Source of the DNA: Candidatus Onthovivens sp.
GTDB lineage: Bacteria; Bacillota_I; Bacilli_A; RFN20; CAG-826
Length of the DNA: 60,893 nucleotides
Direction of reading: 5' to 3'
NCBI GenBank assembly: GCA_036746835.1
Contig: DAIODM010000004.1
Span: 1-60,893, forward strand
Below the pieces are notes generated by a model. It was not told the DNA's origin and searched no databases. It saw nothing but the letters and a program-made list of their open reading frames with translations. Below, one piece after another: positions 8,870 to 19,370 of the stretch (within the stretch, counting starts at the first letter, position 1; each line of letters opens with the position of its first letter). The translations under genes and the position numbers were made by a program.

Positions 8870-10276
8870 ATGCTTAGTAAAAATTTAGCTAAAGATGTTT
8901 TAAATACTGCACTTCTTACTGGTGGTGACTTCGCAGAAATTTTTGTCGAAGACACTTTTACAGACAACATTCAAGTTGAAGCTGATAAAGTCGAAACTGT
9001 AGGAGAAAATGAAGTAACAGGTGCTGGTATTCGTATTTTAAAAGGACTTAGAAGTGTTTATGGTTATACAAATGATATGTCAAAAAAAGGATTGCTTACA
9101 CTTGCTAGTAATTTAAGTAAATCTTTTAATGATAAACAAATCAAAAAAGTAGATGAATTAAAGAGTGTTCACGTTAAAAAGAACAATAAACCTATTGATA
9201 GTTACTTAAATGTTGATAAAGGTGAAATCATTAGTTTATTAAGGAAATGTTCTAAAATAATTAAAGATTATGATCAAAGAATCATCCGTGTTTTAACTTT
9301 CTTTTTAACAACTGTTCAAGATATTGAAATCTTTAATAGCGATGGAAAAATATTTAAAGATCATCGTGAACATGCACGTCTTATTATGCAAAGTGTTGCT
9401 AGTGAAAATGGTAAGATTGAAACAAGATTTGATGGTCCAGGAACTCAAAAAGGTTTCTCTTATTTTACAAAAGAAAATGATGTACTAAATCTTGCAAAAG
9501 AGAATGCGAAAAAAGTTATTTTAATGCTTGGAGCTAAAGAATGTCCATCAGGAAAATTCCCAGTTATTATTGGAAATGGTTGGGGTGGCGTTATTTTCCA
9601 CGAAGCATGTGGTCACCAACTTGAAGCTACAAGTGTTGCTAAAAAATTAAGTGTCTTTACAGGTAAAATTGGAGAATATATCGCTAGTCCTATCGTTAGT
9701 GCTTATGATGATGGAACAATGGCTAATGAATGGGGTAGCAATAATATTGATGATGAAGGTTATCAATGTAAGAAAAATCTTTTAATTGAAAATGGTATCT
9801 TAAAAGGTTATTTAGTTGATCCATTTAATACCCGACGTATGCCAGGATTTGTAGCAAATGGTTGTTCACGTCGAGAATCATATAAATATGAACCAACAAG
9901 TCGTATGAGTAACACTTATATTGCTGCTGGTAAATCAACTCCTGAAGAGATTATTAAAAATACAAAGCTTGCAATTCTTGCTGTTTCATTTAATGGCGGA
10001 TCAGTTAGTCCTGCAACTGGCGAATTTAACTTTGGTTGTAGCGAAGCTTATCTTGTTAAAGATGGAAAGATTGTCATGCCACTTAGAGGTGCAACTTTAA
10101 TTGGTAAAGCTAGTGAAATTTTAAAGAATATTGATATGGTTGGTAATGATGTTGGCTTAGGTCAAGGCCTATGTGGTTCAGCTAGTGGCTCAGTTCCAGT
10201 AAATGTTGGACAACCTACTATAAGAATTAGCGAAATCACAGTTGGTGGAAGAGGAGGAGACATTAATGAACTCTAA
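8870..10276 (+). CDS. tldD: TldD family metalloprotease (catalytic subunit)
   Basis: HEACGH zinc motif, DDEG, RRESY...PTSRMSNTY, GLCG...VPVNVGQPT. Confidence 0.92.
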   Translation: MLSKNLAKDVLNTALLTGGDFAEIFVEDTFTDNIQVEADKVETVGENEVTGAGIRILKGLRSVYGYTNDMSKKGLLTLASNLSKSFNDKQIKKVDELKSVHVKKNNKPIDSYLNVDKGEIISLLRKCSKIIKDYDQRIIRVLTFFLTTVQDIEIFNSDGKIFKDHREHARLIMQSVASENGKIETRFDGPGTQKGFSYFTKENDVLNLAKENAKKVILMLGAKECPSGKFPVIIGNGWGGVIFHEACGHQLEATSVAKKLSVFTGKIGEYIASPIVSAYDDGTMANEWGSNNIDDEGYQCKKNLLIENGILKGYLVDPFNTRRMPGFVANGCSRRESYKYEPTSRMSNTYIAAGKSTPEEIIKNTKLAILAVSFNGGSVSPATGEFNFGCSEAYLVKDGKIVMPLRGATLIGKASEILKNIDMVGNDVGLGQGLCGSASGSVPVNVGQPTIRISEITVGGRGGDINEL

Positions 10277-11588
10277 AAAGTTTTTCTTAAAAGCTAAAGA
10301 AGAAGGAATTAGTGTTAGTGAATTAACACTTAATAAAACTACAGATATTTCTTTCTCACTTTTCCATAAAGAATTAGATAACTATACAATGAGTGATCAA
10401 GCGACCGTTAAAGCTCGTGGAATTTATAATGGAAAACTTGGTTATGTTTATACTGAAGATTTAACTAAAAATAATGTTGATTTCTTAATTAATGGAATTA
10501 AGACCACCGCTTCTTTAATTGAAAAGAGTGAAGAACCTATCATTTTTAAGGGTAGTGAAAAGTATCATAAGAAAAATACCTATAATCCTGAACTCAGTAA
10601 TTATCCATTAGAAGATAAAATCAAGAAGTTACGCGAATTAGAAGATTTAATTTATTCTCTTGATAAACGAGTTACAGATGTTGAACTAAGTTATCAAGAA
10701 GAAGAAAATGAAAAAGAATTTTGTAACTCTTATGGATTAAAGTTAAAATCAAAAACTAATTACTTCTATGTTTACGCAAACGCTGTTGCTAAAGATGGAG
10801 AAGAGACTAAAACTGATTATGCTATTTTCCTTGATAATGATTTCTCTAAACTAGATATTAAAGATCTTGCAAAAAAGGTTATTCAAAAAACAATTTCTAA
10901 ATTTAAAGGAACGTCTATTCCAAGTAAAACTTACAAAGCAGTTCTTGATAAAGAAGTTGTTGCCTCTCTTTTAAAAGCTTTAATTAATACTCATTTAAAT
11001 GCTGAAAATGTTCAAAAACACACTAGTTTATTTGTTGGAAAACTCAATGAACCTGTTTTATCTAAGAAGTTAACTATCGAAGAAAAACCAATTGAAAAAT
11101 CAGTTTTCTTCAATTACTTCGATGATGAAGGTGTTGCTACTTATAATAAAAAGTTAATTGATAAAGGTGTCTTAAGAACTTATCTTTATAATCTTCAAAC
11201 GGCTAAAAAAGATAACGTTAATTCAACCGGAAATGGTTATGAAGCCAACAACAAGATTCAAATTGGCACAATTAATTTAACCATTAAACCTGGTAAATTA
11301 AGTGAAGAAGAGTTGTTTGAAAAGATTCAAAATGGTGTTTATATTTCAAGCATCACTGGATTACACGCTGGTTTAAATAATCAATCCGGAGATTTCTCTC
11401 TTGAAGCTCAAGGATTTAAAGTTGAAAACGGCAAGAAAACTACTCCACTTACCTTAATTACTGTTGCTGGAAATATTGTTGCTTTATTTAATAACGTTAT
11501 TGCAGTTGGTAATAATAGTGAGAGATTAGTCTCTTCATTTAGTTCACCATCAGTTGCAGTTCGTGGACTAAAAATTAGTGCTTCTTAG
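10266..11588 (+). CDS. pmbA: PmbA/TldE family partner subunit
   Basis: FDDEGV, GLHAG, SGDFS and TVAGN motifs, no HExxxH. Start moved to the ATG at 10266 after SD GGAGGAG; overlaps the tldD stop. Confidence 0.88.
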   Translation: MNSKKFFLKAKEEGISVSELTLNKTTDISFSLFHKELDNYTMSDQATVKARGIYNGKLGYVYTEDLTKNNVDFLINGIKTTASLIEKSEEPIIFKGSEKYHKKNTYNPELSNYPLEDKIKKLRELEDLIYSLDKRVTDVELSYQEEENEKEFCNSYGLKLKSKTNYFYVYANAVAKDGEETKTDYAIFLDNDFSKLDIKDLAKKVIQKTISKFKGTSIPSKTYKAVLDKEVVASLLKALINTHLNAENVQKHTSLFVGKLNEPVLSKKLTIEEKPIEKSVFFNYFDDEGVATYNKKLIDKGVLRTYLYNLQTAKKDNVNSTGNGYEANNKIQIGTINLTIKPGKLSEEELFEKIQNGVYISSITGLHAGLNNQSGDFSLEAQGFKVENGKKTTPLTLITVAGNIVALFNNVIAVGNNSERLVSSFSSPSVAVRGLKISAS

Positions 11589-11601
11589 TCTATTTTTAAA
11601 T

Positions 11602-11648
11602 AAAAAATACCCATATAACCGTTTATCTTGGTTATATGGGTTTTATTT
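11602..11648. terminator. Bidirectional intrinsic terminator between pmbA and degV
   Basis: CCCATATAACC-n9-GGTTATATGGG (11610-11640) flanked by A-rich and T-rich runs. Confidence 0.8.
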
Positions 11649-11655
11649 TGCTTAA

Positions 11656-12522
11656 TTAATGAGGCTTTACAATATAGAGAATACCAATTGTTTTTGGACC
11701 ACAGTGACTACAAACTGTGCAACCTGCGGTCGTAATATGGATATTTTTAGGATCAAGATATTTAACAATGCGGTCATAAACATATTTATCAAAGCCTTCA
11801 ATACGTCCACTATGAGTAATAAAGACACATGATTTATCAATATATGGAAGATCTTCCATGAATTCATTAATTTGTTCATCAACTGCTTTTTCATATGGTC
11901 CACGTGGCTTTTTATAAACAATAAGTTTGCCATCAACCATCTTAGCAACTGGGTGAATATGTAAGGCATTAGCAACGATCATTGTCATTCCACTACATCT
12001 TCCGCCTCGATAAAGATAAGTTAAAGTTTCGATACAGAATTTAGCACTTACTTCAGGAACTAATGGAGCAACTTTATCATAGATTTCACTAACTGATAAA
12101 CCTTCATCACGATATTGGCACATCTTTAAAACAAGTAAAGCGGTACCAGTTGATAAGTTTCCACTATCTAACACTTTAATTCTTCCTTCAGGAAATTCTT
12201 TGCTTGCTAAAACTGCATTTTGATAGGTAGATGATAATTTACTACCAATTCCTGTAAAAATAATATCATATCCTTCATCTATATAACGTTTAAAAGCAAC
12301 GACAAATTCTCCAACATTAACAGCACCAGTTTTTGGGGTAATTCCTTTAGCTTCTTCAACCTTTTTATATAATGATTCAGCATCAATATCAAATCCATCA
12401 TGATAATCATGGGTATCGCCTTCAAAAGCAACGTGCAAAGGTAAAATTGTAATATTATACTTTGTAAGCATTTCTTTAGTTAAATCGATTGTACTATCTG
12501 CTATTACTATTACCTTATTCAT
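11656..12522 (-). CDS. DegV family fatty-acid-binding protein (FakB-like)
   Basis: IADSTIDL, SSTYQNA, DSGNLSTG, LYRGGR, VCSHCGP. Probable start is the ATG at 12522 after SD GAGG. Confidence 0.9.
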   Translation of the reverse strand: MNKVIVIADSTIDLTKEMLTKYNITILPLHVAFEGDTHDYHDGFDIDAESLYKKVEEAKGITPKTGAVNVGEFVVAFKRYIDEGYDIIFTGIGSKLSSTYQNAVLASKEFPEGRIKVLDSGNLSTGTALLVLKMCQYRDEGLSVSEIYDKVAPLVPEVSAKFCIETLTYLYRGGRCSGMTMIVANALHIHPVAKMVDGKLIVYKKPRGPYEKAVDEQINEFMEDLPYIDKSCVFITHSGRIEGFDKYVYDRIVKYLDPKNIHITTAGCTVCSHCGPKTIGILYIVKPH

Positions 12523-12732
12523 AATTAAAACCTCTAACAAATATTATATATAAAATATTTTTAGTTTTCACAGTTATTTTATCTACACTTTATCAACTCA
12601 AAAACCCTATCATATATGCCTTCTTTTGCAAAAACAAATCTTTATTCCACTATTTATATACATCTTTTTTAAAGTATCTAAACTTATTAATTAAAATTTG
12701 CTAATATATTAGTGTTCAAAAGGGGGATGTTT

Positions 12733-13410
12733 ATGTCAAAGAAAATTAAAGGCGTTAAACAAACTAAAAAAATCTGGCAAGATTTCAAAGCATTTATAAC
12801 ACGCGGAAGTGTCGTTGATATGGCAATAGGCGTTATTATGGGCTCTGCTTTTGGTGCCATTGTTAACGCAGTTGTTAAAATCTTACTTAGTGTCTGCACT
12901 TGGGGTGTCCCTGGTGGTATTAGTGGATTAATTACTGTTTTACCTGCTGCTAATGCTGCTCAAGCTGGATTACCTGGAATTGGTCAATATTTTGATGCAG
13001 GAAATATCGCACAAATGGCACAAGTTTATGCGAACAATAACGGAATTACAATTGATCCAACTAATGCTAGTGATTTACTTAATGTTGAAAATTCACTTAA
13101 GGGTCTCTATACATTACATGGAACAACATATTTCTATAATCAATCAGCTATTATTGATTGGGGAACATTAATCACTGCTGTTATTGATTTCATTATTATT
13201 GCTCTTGTCTTATTTGTTATCTTAAAGATTTTCAGTTACTTAAAGAATAAGAGAGCTGAATTTGAAAAAGAACAACTCGAAAAATTCTATACCGAACATC
13301 CAGAAGAAAGACCAGCACCAGTTGTTCCTGGAAAACCAGCCCCAACTGAAGTTGAACTTTTAACTCAAATTCGTGATCAATTAGCCGCTCAAAATAAAGC
13401 AAAGAAATAA
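12733..13410 (+). CDS. mscL: Large-conductance mechanosensitive channel with an enlarged extracellular loop
   Basis: DFKAFITRGSVVDMAIGVIMGSAF (TM1), IDWGTLITAVIDFIII (TM2) and PTEVELLTQIRDQL. 225 aa from the ATG at 12733 after SD AGGGGG. Confidence 0.9.
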   Translation: MSKKIKGVKQTKKIWQDFKAFITRGSVVDMAIGVIMGSAFGAIVNAVVKILLSVCTWGVPGGISGLITVLPAANAAQAGLPGIGQYFDAGNIAQMAQVYANNNGITIDPTNASDLLNVENSLKGLYTLHGTTYFYNQSAIIDWGTLITAVIDFIIIALVLFVILKIFSYLKNKRAEFEKEQLEKFYTEHPEERPAPVVPGKPAPTEVELLTQIRDQLAAQNKAKK

Positions 13411-13417
13411 AAAATAT

Positions 13418-13451
13418 AGACTCTAAACTACTATGTTTAGAGTCTTTTTTT
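13418..13451 (+). terminator. Intrinsic terminator of mscL
   Basis: AGACTCTAAAC-n6-GTTTAGAGTCT followed by a T run. Confidence 0.85.
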
Positions 13452-13471
13452 ATTGACAATTTTTGTCAATC

Positions 13472-13506
13472 AAAAAAGGAAATAGGCCATAACCTATCTC
13501 CTTTTT
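13472..13506 (-). terminator. Probable terminator of the cysK-cysE operon
   Basis: Imperfect stem GGAAATAGG/CCTATCTCC flanked by A and T runs. Confidence 0.6.
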
Positions 13507-13511
13507 GTTTT

Positions 13512-14264
13512 TTATTCTTTCTTTTCACGCTTCATTATTACTAAGTTTGGTTCTTGAATAGTAACACGAGTATAATCAGGGATCGATTTAGTTAAGAAGA
13601 CGTTTGAGCCAATAATAACGTGATTTCCAATAATTGCATCTCCTCCAAGAATTGAAGCACCACTATAAATTGTTACGTGATTTCCAATAGTTGGATGACG
13701 TTTTACGCCATGTAAACTATGACCACCAGATAGTGATAAAGCACCAAGCGTAACTCCTTGATACATACGACAATAATCACCAATTGTTGTTGTTTCGCCA
13801 ATTACAATACCTGTACCATGATCAATCATAAAGTGATGACCAATAGTTGCACCTGGATGAATATCAATACCAGTCATAAAATGAGCTTCCTCACTTATTA
13901 ATCTAGCAGCAGTTTGAAAGTTTTGTTTATATAAAATATGAGCAATTCTATGATAAAAAATAGCAGTAAATCCTGGATAGACAGAAATAATTTCTTCTAA
14001 ACTATCAGCAGCAGGATCTCCAGCAAAAATTGCTTCTGCATCTTGATCATAAGTTTCTTTTAAACTAAGAGCTTCATTTAAAAACTCATCAGCTTTACTT
14101 TCATCTTTAGAAATGTACTTTAAATATAAGAATTTTATTTGAGCTTTTTCATCATCTAAATCATTAGAATCACCAAAAACACAAGGGTATATAGCCCTTT
14201 TTAATGATTCAATGATTTCAAGAATACCATTTTTATTTGGGAAATTTTTGCAATTTAATTCCAT
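13512..14264 (-). CDS. cysE: Serine O-acetyltransferase
   Basis: [42 protein letters not shown] hexapeptide region. Confidence 0.93.
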   Translation of the reverse strand: MELNCKNFPNKNGILEIIESLKRAIYPCVFGDSNDLDDEKAQIKFLYLKYISKDESKADEFLNEALSLKETYDQDAEAIFAGDPAADSLEEIISVYPGFTAIFYHRIAHILYKQNFQTAARLISEEAHFMTGIDIHPGATIGHHFMIDHGTGIVIGETTTIGDYCRMYQGVTLGALSLSGGHSLHGVKRHPTIGNHVTIYSGASILGGDAIIGNHVIIGSNVFLTKSIPDYTRVTIQEPNLVIMKREKKE

Positions 14265-15157
14265 GAATATCTTTCTCCAGTATCTGGGAATATAACAACA
14301 ATCTTTTTATGATGTAATTTATTGTTTTCAATTGATTGAACAGCTCCGCAAAGCGATGCACCACTTGAAATTCCTACTAATAAACCTTCAAGTTTAGTGA
14401 TGGCTTTTGCCCAATAAATAGCATCATCATCTTTAACCGTAATTACTTTATCAACATACTCAGCTTTATAATTATCAGGTACAAAATTAGCACCTATTCC
14501 TTGTATTTTATGTTTTCCTGCATGACCTTCAGTAATTAAAGGAGATGAAGCAGGTTCAATACCAATAATATTTGTTTTTAAATTATTAGCTTTAAAATAC
14601 TTACCAATTCCACTTATTGTTCCACCAGTTCCGATACCAGCAAAAACATAGTCTAAATCAGCTATATCTTTATGAATTTCAGGACCAGTATGTAAAAAAT
14701 GTGCTTCAACATTACTAGGATTATTAAATTGACCAGCAATTAAACTATTTTTAGTATTAGCGTGGATTTCATTAGCTTTTTCAACGCATTTATCCATTCC
14801 ACCATCTACTAAAATAAGTTCAGCATTGTAATCTTTCATAAGTTCTTTTCGTTGTTCACTCATTGAACTTGGCATGATAATAATTACTTTATTCTTAAAA
14901 TAATTACCAAATGCACTTAAAGCAATTCCAGTGTTTCCACTAGTTGGTTCAATAATAATAGCATCCTTATTAAGTAATCCTTTTTTCTTATAATCAAGAA
15001 GCATATTTAAGGCTACACGATCTTTAATAGAACCAGCTGGATTTTGCTTTTCAAGTTTTGCGTAAATTTCACAATCCGTATGAATAGCATCTTCCACCAT
15101 ATGAAGACGAACAAGTGGAGTATTACCAACAAGATCAACAATTGAATTATAAATCAT
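14255..15157 (-). CDS. cysK: Cysteine synthase A (O-acetylserine sulfhydrylase)
   Basis: NPAGSIKDR (PLP lysine), [35 protein letters not shown]. Confidence 0.95.
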   Translation of the reverse strand: MIYNSIVDLVGNTPLVRLHMVEDAIHTDCEIYAKLEKQNPAGSIKDRVALNMLLDYKKKGLLNKDAIIIEPTSGNTGIALSAFGNYFKNKVIIIMPSSMSEQRKELMKDYNAELILVDGGMDKCVEKANEIHANTKNSLIAGQFNNPSNVEAHFLHTGPEIHKDIADLDYVFAGIGTGGTISGIGKYFKANNLKTNIIGIEPASSPLITEGHAGKHKIQGIGANFVPDNYKAEYVDKVITVKDDDAIYWAKAITKLEGLLVGISSGASLCGAVQSIENNKLHHKKIVVIFPDTGERYSWN

Positions 15158-16302
15158 TAATAAGTCACCTCAATTTCTTTGTTCTTTTCTCTTAAGAAAG
15201 CAACGGTTTTCTTAAGTAAATTTTCTTCATAATTCTTACTATAAGCAGACTCTTTTTCTAAAGCTTTCTTAACTTGATGTAATTGATTTTCACATTCGCT
15301 ATTACTATTTTCAGCAAGTCCATAATAGAGAATAGAAGTACGAATAGTAAGCATTGAGTAGGTACTCTTTAAATATTCGGTTTCTTTTTCATTTAAGGTT
15401 TCATAGAACTTTTTACCTTCATCAACACCTTTATAAAATAAGAGAATATTTAATTTATAGAGTTTAGCAATTGTTCTAGATTCAAATGATAAATTAGCCT
15501 TACTTTCAATAATCGCGTCTAATAATTTTAAGGATTCTTCATATTTATCAGCTTTAAGATAATTACGAACACTAGCAATATTAACTTCACTTGTGAAATC
15601 AGTTATTTCATCAAATGTTTCATATTTATCAGCATTTTTACCTAAGAATTCATCGCCTTTAATTCCAAGAAGTACGTTATAAGCTTTAATATTTACTTTT
15701 TTATTAAGTAAAACAAGTCGATATCCATCCGTAACTGAATCAAGTTTGGCTGGAGTATAATCATAAATAAATAACATACCGCCAACTGTAACTAAGATAA
15801 GTTGGAAATACTTAAGAAAATCATATGGGTTTTGTCCAGTTCTTGGTTTGGTAATTGTCATATAACAAACAACAAGAAGAGCTGCCTCGATTGCAAAAAG
15901 AAATAATGGAGCAAAAGTAAACATCATTGGATTACTTTTTTCATTAATTGGAGTAATAAGTGTTTCACCAGTTAAACTATCAAAGTTCACTGGAAACTTA
16001 AATTTAACCTTATACTTCTTGCTCTTTTCATCATAATGTTTATAAAAAGCAAAACCTAAAATATTAACTGATAAAATTTTATATTTACCAAACTTAGCAC
16101 CAATCATGTGAGAGATTTCAAAAAGAATTATCTCTAAGATAATTGAAATAATAAGACATACTATAAGGTAACCTGCAACATTCCATCCGTTAATACTGGA
16201 AACCGATCTAAATGCTGGGTTAATTACTGCAAAACCAACAATTGCTGCCACCGCTAACATTAATATGTAAACGATGAAACTAATTACATCTTCTTTAATC
16301 AT
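15157..16302 (-). CDS. Membrane protein, degenerate M50 (site-2 protease)-like, with a helical C-terminal domain
   Basis: About 4 TM helices. FEISH occupies the HExxH position and TDG the third-ligand position. The stop overlaps the cysK start. Confidence 0.55.
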   Translation of the reverse strand: MIKEDVISFIVYILMLAVAAIVGFAVINPAFRSVSSINGWNVAGYLIVCLIISIILEIILFEISHMIGAKFGKYKILSVNILGFAFYKHYDEKSKKYKVKFKFPVNFDSLTGETLITPINEKSNPMMFTFAPLFLFAIEAALLVVCYMTITKPRTGQNPYDFLKYFQLILVTVGGMLFIYDYTPAKLDSVTDGYRLVLLNKKVNIKAYNVLLGIKGDEFLGKNADKYETFDEITDFTSEVNIASVRNYLKADKYEESLKLLDAIIESKANLSFESRTIAKLYKLNILLFYKGVDEGKKFYETLNEKETEYLKSTYSMLTIRTSILYYGLAENSNSECENQLHQVKKALEKESAYSKNYEENLLKKTVAFLREKNKEIEVTY

Positions 16303-16393
16303 AAGAATTCTCCTTACTCAGAACCATCTGACGTGTATTTTAAGTAAGAAACTTAAAATATAATATCACAAAATCAATATCATGAGTATTTAT

Positions 16394-16930
16394 TTACTCG
16401 ATACTGTTTTGATATTTACGGATAATTGCCTTTAAAATATCATCATTAAATAAGTATGACATTTTTAAACAGCCTTCTTTTACACTATATTCACCTTGCA
16501 TAAAATAATAAATACATTGCTCACTTATTGCTTTACTAAAGTATCTCGCAATCTCTTTTTTATCAGTTATTCTAAGGTTATAACGATCTAAAATTTTAGT
16601 TAAAGTTCCATTAGCATAAGTCGCCAAAAAATCTTTTAAAACATCATAAGCATTACTTTTAGCAACAGTCATATTAAATGATTGATCTTTATAAAGGAAG
16701 GTAAAAATATTATTAAAGATTGAAGGGATTGTATCATCAAAAAAGTCACCTACTTTTTGATAAACATAAATTGAGAAAATAACATCATATATATTTTTAA
16801 AATGATAATAAAAGGTTTGTCGCTTAATGTTAAGTTCAGTACAAATCATATTTACATCAATTTCTTCAAGATTATATTTTTCTAAAAGCTTAATAAATGT
16901 ATCTTGAATTTGTTTTTCAGTATTAACCAT
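16394..16930 (-). CDS. TetR/AcrR family transcriptional regulator
   Basis: N-terminal HTH IDVNMICTELNIKRQTFYYHFKNIYDV. Confidence 0.88.
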   Translation of the reverse strand: MVNTEKQIQDTFIKLLEKYNLEEIDVNMICTELNIKRQTFYYHFKNIYDVIFSIYVYQKVGDFFDDTIPSIFNNIFTFLYKDQSFNMTVAKSNAYDVLKDFLATYANGTLTKILDRYNLRITDKKEIARYFSKAISEQCIYYFMQGEYSVKEGCLKMSYLFNDDILKAIIRKYQNSIE

Positions 16931-19367
16931 TTTTTCTCTCCTTCACTTTTTTAATAATGCGTGGAATTAAATAGACTACTAACCACATAAGAAGGAAAAT
17001 TCCTATCATTAATCCAACATATGGAAGGATTGTACTAAAGTTAACTGATAAATCTAATCCTAAAACATTGAAGCCTGAAACATAAGTGAAAATAAACATA
17101 ATGGTAGTTGCAACAAATGAACCAATATAAACAATTGTACGGTATCCATCAAATGGTACGCTGACTTCAAATAAAGGAATAAAACTTGCTAAAGACATAA
17201 AGTAAACTGCTAAAGTTACCATTGATTTAGGTTCCATTTCTTTATTGAAAGCAAATAAGAATAATCCCATGACTTCAAAAGCCATAATTAAGCCATTTAC
17301 TGTAGCGTTTTTGAAAATATTTTTAATAAAACTGCCTTTAACAATTTCATCATTATTCTTTTCAAGTGCTAAGAAGAAGGCGGCAATTCCTATTCCAACA
17401 ACATCCCAACCATAGAAGTGTTGAGGTAAGAATGGATAAGACAAGGAAGTTCCATTTGGATAGAACAAAGTCATTGCTGTAATTAAGAAGAAAATATTAA
17501 CAACGATTGCAAAGAGCGTTTTAGTTAAAAAGAGCGAACATACTCTTTGTAAATTATTAATTTCACGTCTTCCAGCAGCTATAACATCAGGTAAAGAACC
17601 AAAGTCATCACTATATAAAATAATGCTTGCAAGATCTTTAGCTGCTTTATTTGCACAACCAACCGTAATTCCTACATTGCTTGCTTTTAAAGCTAATAAA
17701 TCATTAACACCATCACCAAACATCGCAACAGTATGTTTTTCGTCTTTTAATTCACGAACAAGAATTTCTTTTTGTTCAGGAGAAACACGACCGAAAATAT
17801 TATATTTACTAGCAGCTGCTTTAACTTCATCATCACTTAAACCTAATAAACTAATATATTTGTCACTATTTTGAATTCCAACAGTATTAGCAATTTCTTT
17901 AACAGTTAAAGGATTATCTCCACTAATAACCTTAATATTTACGCCATTTTTAATGAACCAACTAATAATTTCTTTTGCATTATCTCTTAAGCAATCTTGC
18001 ATAATAATGATCGCTAAAGGGGTCATTTCATCAGGAGATTTTCTCTCTTTTATTTCTTCTTTTGAATACCCAACAACCAAAACACGATAACCAAGTTCAC
18101 TATATTTATAAACTTCTTCTTTTACTTTTTTATCTTCTTTAAGAGGAACAAATCCATATGCACCAATCGTAACAGTTCCTACTTCTTTTAATGATGCACT
18201 GCTATATTTATTGTGTGAATCAAATTTAATAGTCCTAAGTGAATCATAAACTGCTTTTTTACCAAACTTATCTTCAAGAGCAATCGCTGTAAAATTACTA
18301 TCATTTATTGCAGCATTGAAACTCGACATAATGACATCAAATTTATCTTTTTTAATCTCATTATTTAACAAAATAACATCATATACTGACATCTTTCCAG
18401 TTGTAATTGTTCCAGTTTTATCAATGCAAAGCGTATCAACACGAGCAAGAGTTTCAATCGAATACATATCTTGAACAAGTACTTTTTTAGTTGAAAGATT
18501 AATAACTCCAACCGTTAAAGTTGTTGAAATTAATAGATACATTCCAGAAGGAATCATCGAAATTAAAGCACCAGCAATTGGCGCAACATTCTTTAAGAAA
18601 TTATCCCATCCATTAAACGCACTTGCCGTCATACCTTTTGAAACAATTGTTGCTACACCAAGCAAAATAACGATTGCACTAATTCCCTTAAAAAGATTAT
18701 TTAATTGAATAAACATTTGAGATTTAGGTGCTTTAAAATCTTTAGTTTTGCTTTGAATTTTATAAGCGTAATTGTCTTTTCCTACACTGGTAACTTTTAT
18801 ATATAAATCGCCATTTAATAAATAAGATCCACTAAGTAATTTAGTTCCAGCAATCTTATGTAATGGTAAAGATTCGCCAGTTAAAATGGATTCATCAACA
18901 TCTGCATCCCCACTTAAAACAAAAGAGTCGCAAGGGATTTGATCTCCAGCTTTCAAGTGCAAAATATCATCAAGAACAATATCATCAACACTAATTTTTT
19001 GTGTCTTAGAATCTCTAATAACTTCAACTTTGTTTTCGTTAATTAAACTTAATTTTTGAAGTTTAGCTTTTGCTTTAAAATCTTGATAAAGATTAATTAC
19101 GGTGTTAGTAATAACAACGATTAAAAAGAAGCAGTTTGTATATTGTTTTGCTGCAAGTAAAAATCCACCAATTATAAAAAGTAAAACGTTATAAAAAGTA
19201 AAAACATTGCGAACGATAATATCAATATATTGGGTTTTTGTTACGTCTTTTACTTTATTATCTAATAATTCACTTTTTCTCTCGTTAACTTGTTCAGTTG
19301 TTAATCCTTCTTTTAGGTTAGGATTAAAGTGAGTAATAGTTGCTGGATCAATTCGATTTTTCTTCAT
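16923..19367 (-). CDS. P-type ATPase (CtpE-like) with atypical TM4 motif
   Basis: LTGES, DKTGT, VISGDN, FGRVSP, GDGVND. TM4 reads MIPSGM instead of the usual PEGL. Confidence 0.88.
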   Translation of the reverse strand: MKKNRIDPATITHFNPNLKEGLTTEQVNERKSELLDNKVKDVTKTQYIDIIVRNVFTFYNVLLFIIGGFLLAAKQYTNCFFLIVVITNTVINLYQDFKAKAKLQKLSLINENKVEVIRDSKTQKISVDDIVLDDILHLKAGDQIPCDSFVLSGDADVDESILTGESLPLHKIAGTKLLSGSYLLNGDLYIKVTSVGKDNYAYKIQSKTKDFKAPKSQMFIQLNNLFKGISAIVILLGVATIVSKGMTASAFNGWDNFLKNVAPIAGALISMIPSGMYLLISTTLTVGVINLSTKKVLVQDMYSIETLARVDTLCIDKTGTITTGKMSVYDVILLNNEIKKDKFDVIMSSFNAAINDSNFTAIALEDKFGKKAVYDSLRTIKFDSHNKYSSASLKEVGTVTIGAYGFVPLKEDKKVKEEVYKYSELGYRVLVVGYSKEEIKERKSPDEMTPLAIIIMQDCLRDNAKEIISWFIKNGVNIKVISGDNPLTVKEIANTVGIQNSDKYISLLGLSDDEVKAAASKYNIFGRVSPEQKEILVRELKDEKHTVAMFGDGVNDLLALKASNVGITVGCANKAAKDLASIILYSDDFGSLPDVIAAGRREINNLQRVCSLFLTKTLFAIVVNIFFLITAMTLFYPNGTSLSYPFLPQHFYGWDVVGIGIAAFFLALEKNNDEIVKGSFIKNIFKNATVNGLIMAFEVMGLFLFAFNKEMEPKSMVTLAVYFMSLASFIPLFEVSVPFDGYRTIVYIGSFVATTIMFIFTYVSGFNVLGLDLSVNFSTILPYVGLMIGIFLLMWLVVYLIPRIIKKVKERKNG

Positions 19368-19370
19368 AAT

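Noticed and set aside
13452-13470. ATTGACA-n5-TGTCAAT inverted repeat containing TTGACA
   Set aside because: It lies between two convergent terminators with no downstream -10 or gene; no function can be supported.
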